DNA from: Selaginella moellendorffii
Lineage: Eukaryota > Plantae > Lycopodiophyta
Assembly (NCBI RefSeq): GCF_000143415.4
Contig: NW_003314372.1
Coordinates: 325,915 to 389,914, forward strand
Direction: 5' to 3'
Length of the DNA: 64,000 nt
Positions 61,601 through 64,000 of the stretch are shown here, one piece after another. Both the position numbers and the translations under genes were made by a program. The stretch's first letter is position 1; each line of letters begins with the position of its first letter. Below the pieces are notes generated by a model. The model was not told the DNA's origin. It did not search any database and saw nothing but the letters and a program-made list of their open reading frames with translations.

Positions 61601-63294
61601 TAAGGAACAGCTCTGATACCAAATTGTAAGGGACTAAATTTTCCATTTTACTTTAGTCACTTAACCACATGTCTGACCACTTGGAGGAGTCTCATTGACA
61701 ACCTCCATAAGTCCAACTCAGGACTTGGGGCTTGCTAGCCCCGAGAATGGCATCCATGCCACTCAACCTTAGCACTTGGTCCAAGTGCTCCACGTGTCCG
61801 ATCCCATGATCGACACCCCAAGGTATCACCGACGTACCGGCCCGTTACGCTAAGGCCATGCCCATTTACCTTGGTCACACTGGTGGTCCAACACCACTTG
61901 CATCTCCGTCTTGGCCCTCCAAGACTAGGCAAACCATCCCTGAGTGGTCATCTCAGATCCACTCCTTAGCATCCTTAGGATGCCCACCGACAAGGGGAAT
62001 AGCCTTCCCCAATATCCCTCTGTCAGTCCCCACTAAGTCCCTTTCTGCCCCTGGCCGTGTTTGCCAACACTGCCACTGGATCGAGACCCACAGGCCTGAC
62101 CACTAAGTCCTACGGTCCTCTGGGACTTCCTCACCACACGACTGTGTCCTTGGTCACTACCCCAGAGGACTGCTCCTCTTCCTTTCCACAGTCTGGGCCT
62201 TTGGGACAACATTTCGGAACACCGTGGCCTTACGCGAGCCACCTGGGTACTCTCCCCACCTATCGCCTTTAGGTGCTCTAGCCATGGGCTTAGAGCGAGG
62301 TTCCGTTGAGCCACGCCTGGTATCCAAGTAGGTAGTGCCACCCACACTTGGACTGGGAGCATCGGCCAGTCGATCTCCCGGGGGAACTAGAGCCGGCTCT
62401 TGAACACTTCACCAAGCTACCCCGCTTGTCGGTCTGTGTTCACTCTAGTCTTGGACTTCCCAGTGGGCAGCTCATCACCCAACACTGGGTCTGGCCTTCC
62501 TAGGCCAAACTGGCCTTTCCTGGCCAAACTGGCTCCACTGCAGTCCTCCCCCCACTATACTTTTGGGGCTCACCAAACCCCCCAGGGTCTGGGAGACGAA
62601 CGCTTTGGGCTTTCACCCTCTCAGGCTCCGGACTCGGACTCGGACTCGGACTCGGACTCGGACTCGGACTCGGATTCGGGCTCGGACTCGGGCTCGGGCT
62701 CGGGCTCGGTCTCGGCCTCGGCCTCGGTCTCGGTCTCGGTCCCGATCTCGGTCTCGGTCTCGGTCTCGGTCCCGGTCTCGGTCCCGGTCTCAGTCTCGAC
62801 TTCGGACTCCATCTCGGACTCCATCTCGGACTCCATCTCGGGTCCATCTCGGGTCCATCTCGGACTCCATCTCGGACTCCATCTCGGGTCCATCTCGGAC
62901 TCCATCTCGGACTGCATTTCGGGTCCATCTCGGACTCCATTTCGGGTCCATCTCAGGTCCACCTCGGACTCCACCTCGGACTCCAACTCGGACTCCATCT
63001 CGGGTCCATCTCGGACTCCATCTCGGACTCCATTTCGGACTCCAACTAGAGTCCATCTTGGACACTCCCACGTGTCATGTGTTGGTCCTTTTGGGTCCCT
63101 TTTTGGAGCCTCACCTTTTGCTCGCTTCGTGCTCGTTCCTCGAGCACTTCGTTGGGAGTTCCACTCCCGCTCTTGACTTTTCAAGTCAGAGCTTTTGGTC
63201 CAAACGTGTTACGCTCGTTTGGCTCTCGCTTCGGCCACTACCATGTGGCGCCCTTCCGGCTCCACTTTGGGGCCTAGGGATTTTGTGTCTCACA
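55659..63294 (-). mobile_element. Young complete family B non-autonomous (LARD-like) element: 5' LTR 61625-63294, PBS 61610-61624, interior 57565-61609, 3' LTR 55659-57564
   Basis: Near-identical TG..CA LTRs, ATTTGGTATCAGAGCT PBS, GGGTGGTGGAG purine-rich tract, no gag/pol motif in any interior ORF. Confidence 0.9.
58549..59690 (-). ncRNA. Putative structured RNA domain in the B interior, containing twin T-arm-like hairpins
   Basis: Many abutting 5-8 bp inverted repeats, two GGG-TTCGAGT-CCC hairpins, and a duplicated ~180-nt unit with compensatory stems. Not folded computationally. Confidence 0.55.
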
Positions 63295-64000
63295 ACTCCA
63301 CCACCCATAGACGAAGTTCGATGTCCTCATCGAACGGTAAACCCTTTCATAAAGTAACACCCACACGTGTTACCATTTCCATCCTTGGCACCTAGCCAAT
63401 CTTTATCTATGGTTTGACATCAAAGGCTCACCATGCCTTGTCCATCCTTTAAGGAGCGTAGTCTCTCCAACTTAGAGACTGATTGGACCACATGTAATGG
63501 TTCTCTCCTTTTATTGGTTTAGTTTTCGCTAAACCTCTTAGAGACCCTTCTCTAAGTCAATCCCACTACTCCTTCTCGAGTAGTCTCAATTTCCATCGAT
63601 ATAACCTTTGCACTTTGGAACTTTGAATTTTGACTTCTTGGAGTCAATTTCCTAGGTGTCTCCAACACCTTGCCTTGCACCTTTTGTGCAACTCCACTTC
63701 CCATCCTAGGTAGTTCTCTACTCGAGGGCACCATCATCCTCTCTTCTATTTCGTGCCACCTTGGGCACTAAGTTCCAGTTATCATACTTTGTGCTAGGGT
63801 TGTCCATCGCCCTATCATTTGGCTACCTTACCGCTCCCTCCCTTGGAGCTTCCACTTTCGCCAAATCGGAGCAATTCGGAATCCCTCCTTGGAAACACAC
63901 TTCCTTTCCCGCAACTTGTTAGCATCCAACACATTAGTGTTCCTCGCCTAACTTTGTCACTTGGATTCCTTCCAAGGGATTCCACGGCCCTATCTTGGCC
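63295..64000 (-). mobile_element. 3' interior of a second B unit sharing the LTR at 61625-63294
   Basis: Matches 57565-58270, with a cluster of differences around 63635-63790. Confidence 0.85.

Noticed and set aside
55659-63294. Retrozyme (hammerhead) or Cassandra-type 5S domain in B or D
   Set aside because: I saw no correctly arranged CTGANGA/GAAA core or 5S similarity by eye. An Infernal search would be needed to exclude them fully.

Overview
This is eukaryotic DNA, almost certainly land-plant heterochromatin. It is nearly all nested Ty3/Gypsy LTR retroelements and their relics. I see no intact host gene, rRNA or tRNA gene, or CRISPR array. Seven LTR types can be resolved, under my own labels. 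A is a ~4.9-kb gag-pol element with ~230-bp LTRs (one full copy with a TSD at 41052-45943 plus five partial copies). B has ~1.7-1.9-kb LTRs carrying CG-rich 6/12-mer arrays and a ~4-kb non-coding interior (LARD-like). C is a gag-pol element with ~1.1-kb LTRs that share the same kind of array. D is a 392-bp TRIM. E has a 1.14-kb LTR, and F and G are short solo-LTR-like insertions. There are also older non-chromovirus RNaseH/integrase relics and a 4.9-kb near-identical duplication. Most notable observations: (1) the non-coding interior of B reads as an almost continuous chain of hairpins, including two tandem tRNA T-arm mimics with a possible Pol III A-box/B-box pair; (2) reciprocal chimeras of TRIM D and element A switch at the primer-binding site, as expected from co-packaging and intermolecular second-strand transfer; (3) B, C and E share an LTR core motif, and B and E share a covarying pre-PPT hairpin, suggesting helper-parasite pairs (C with B/E, A with D). 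All alignments and structures were judged by eye and need computational confirmation.
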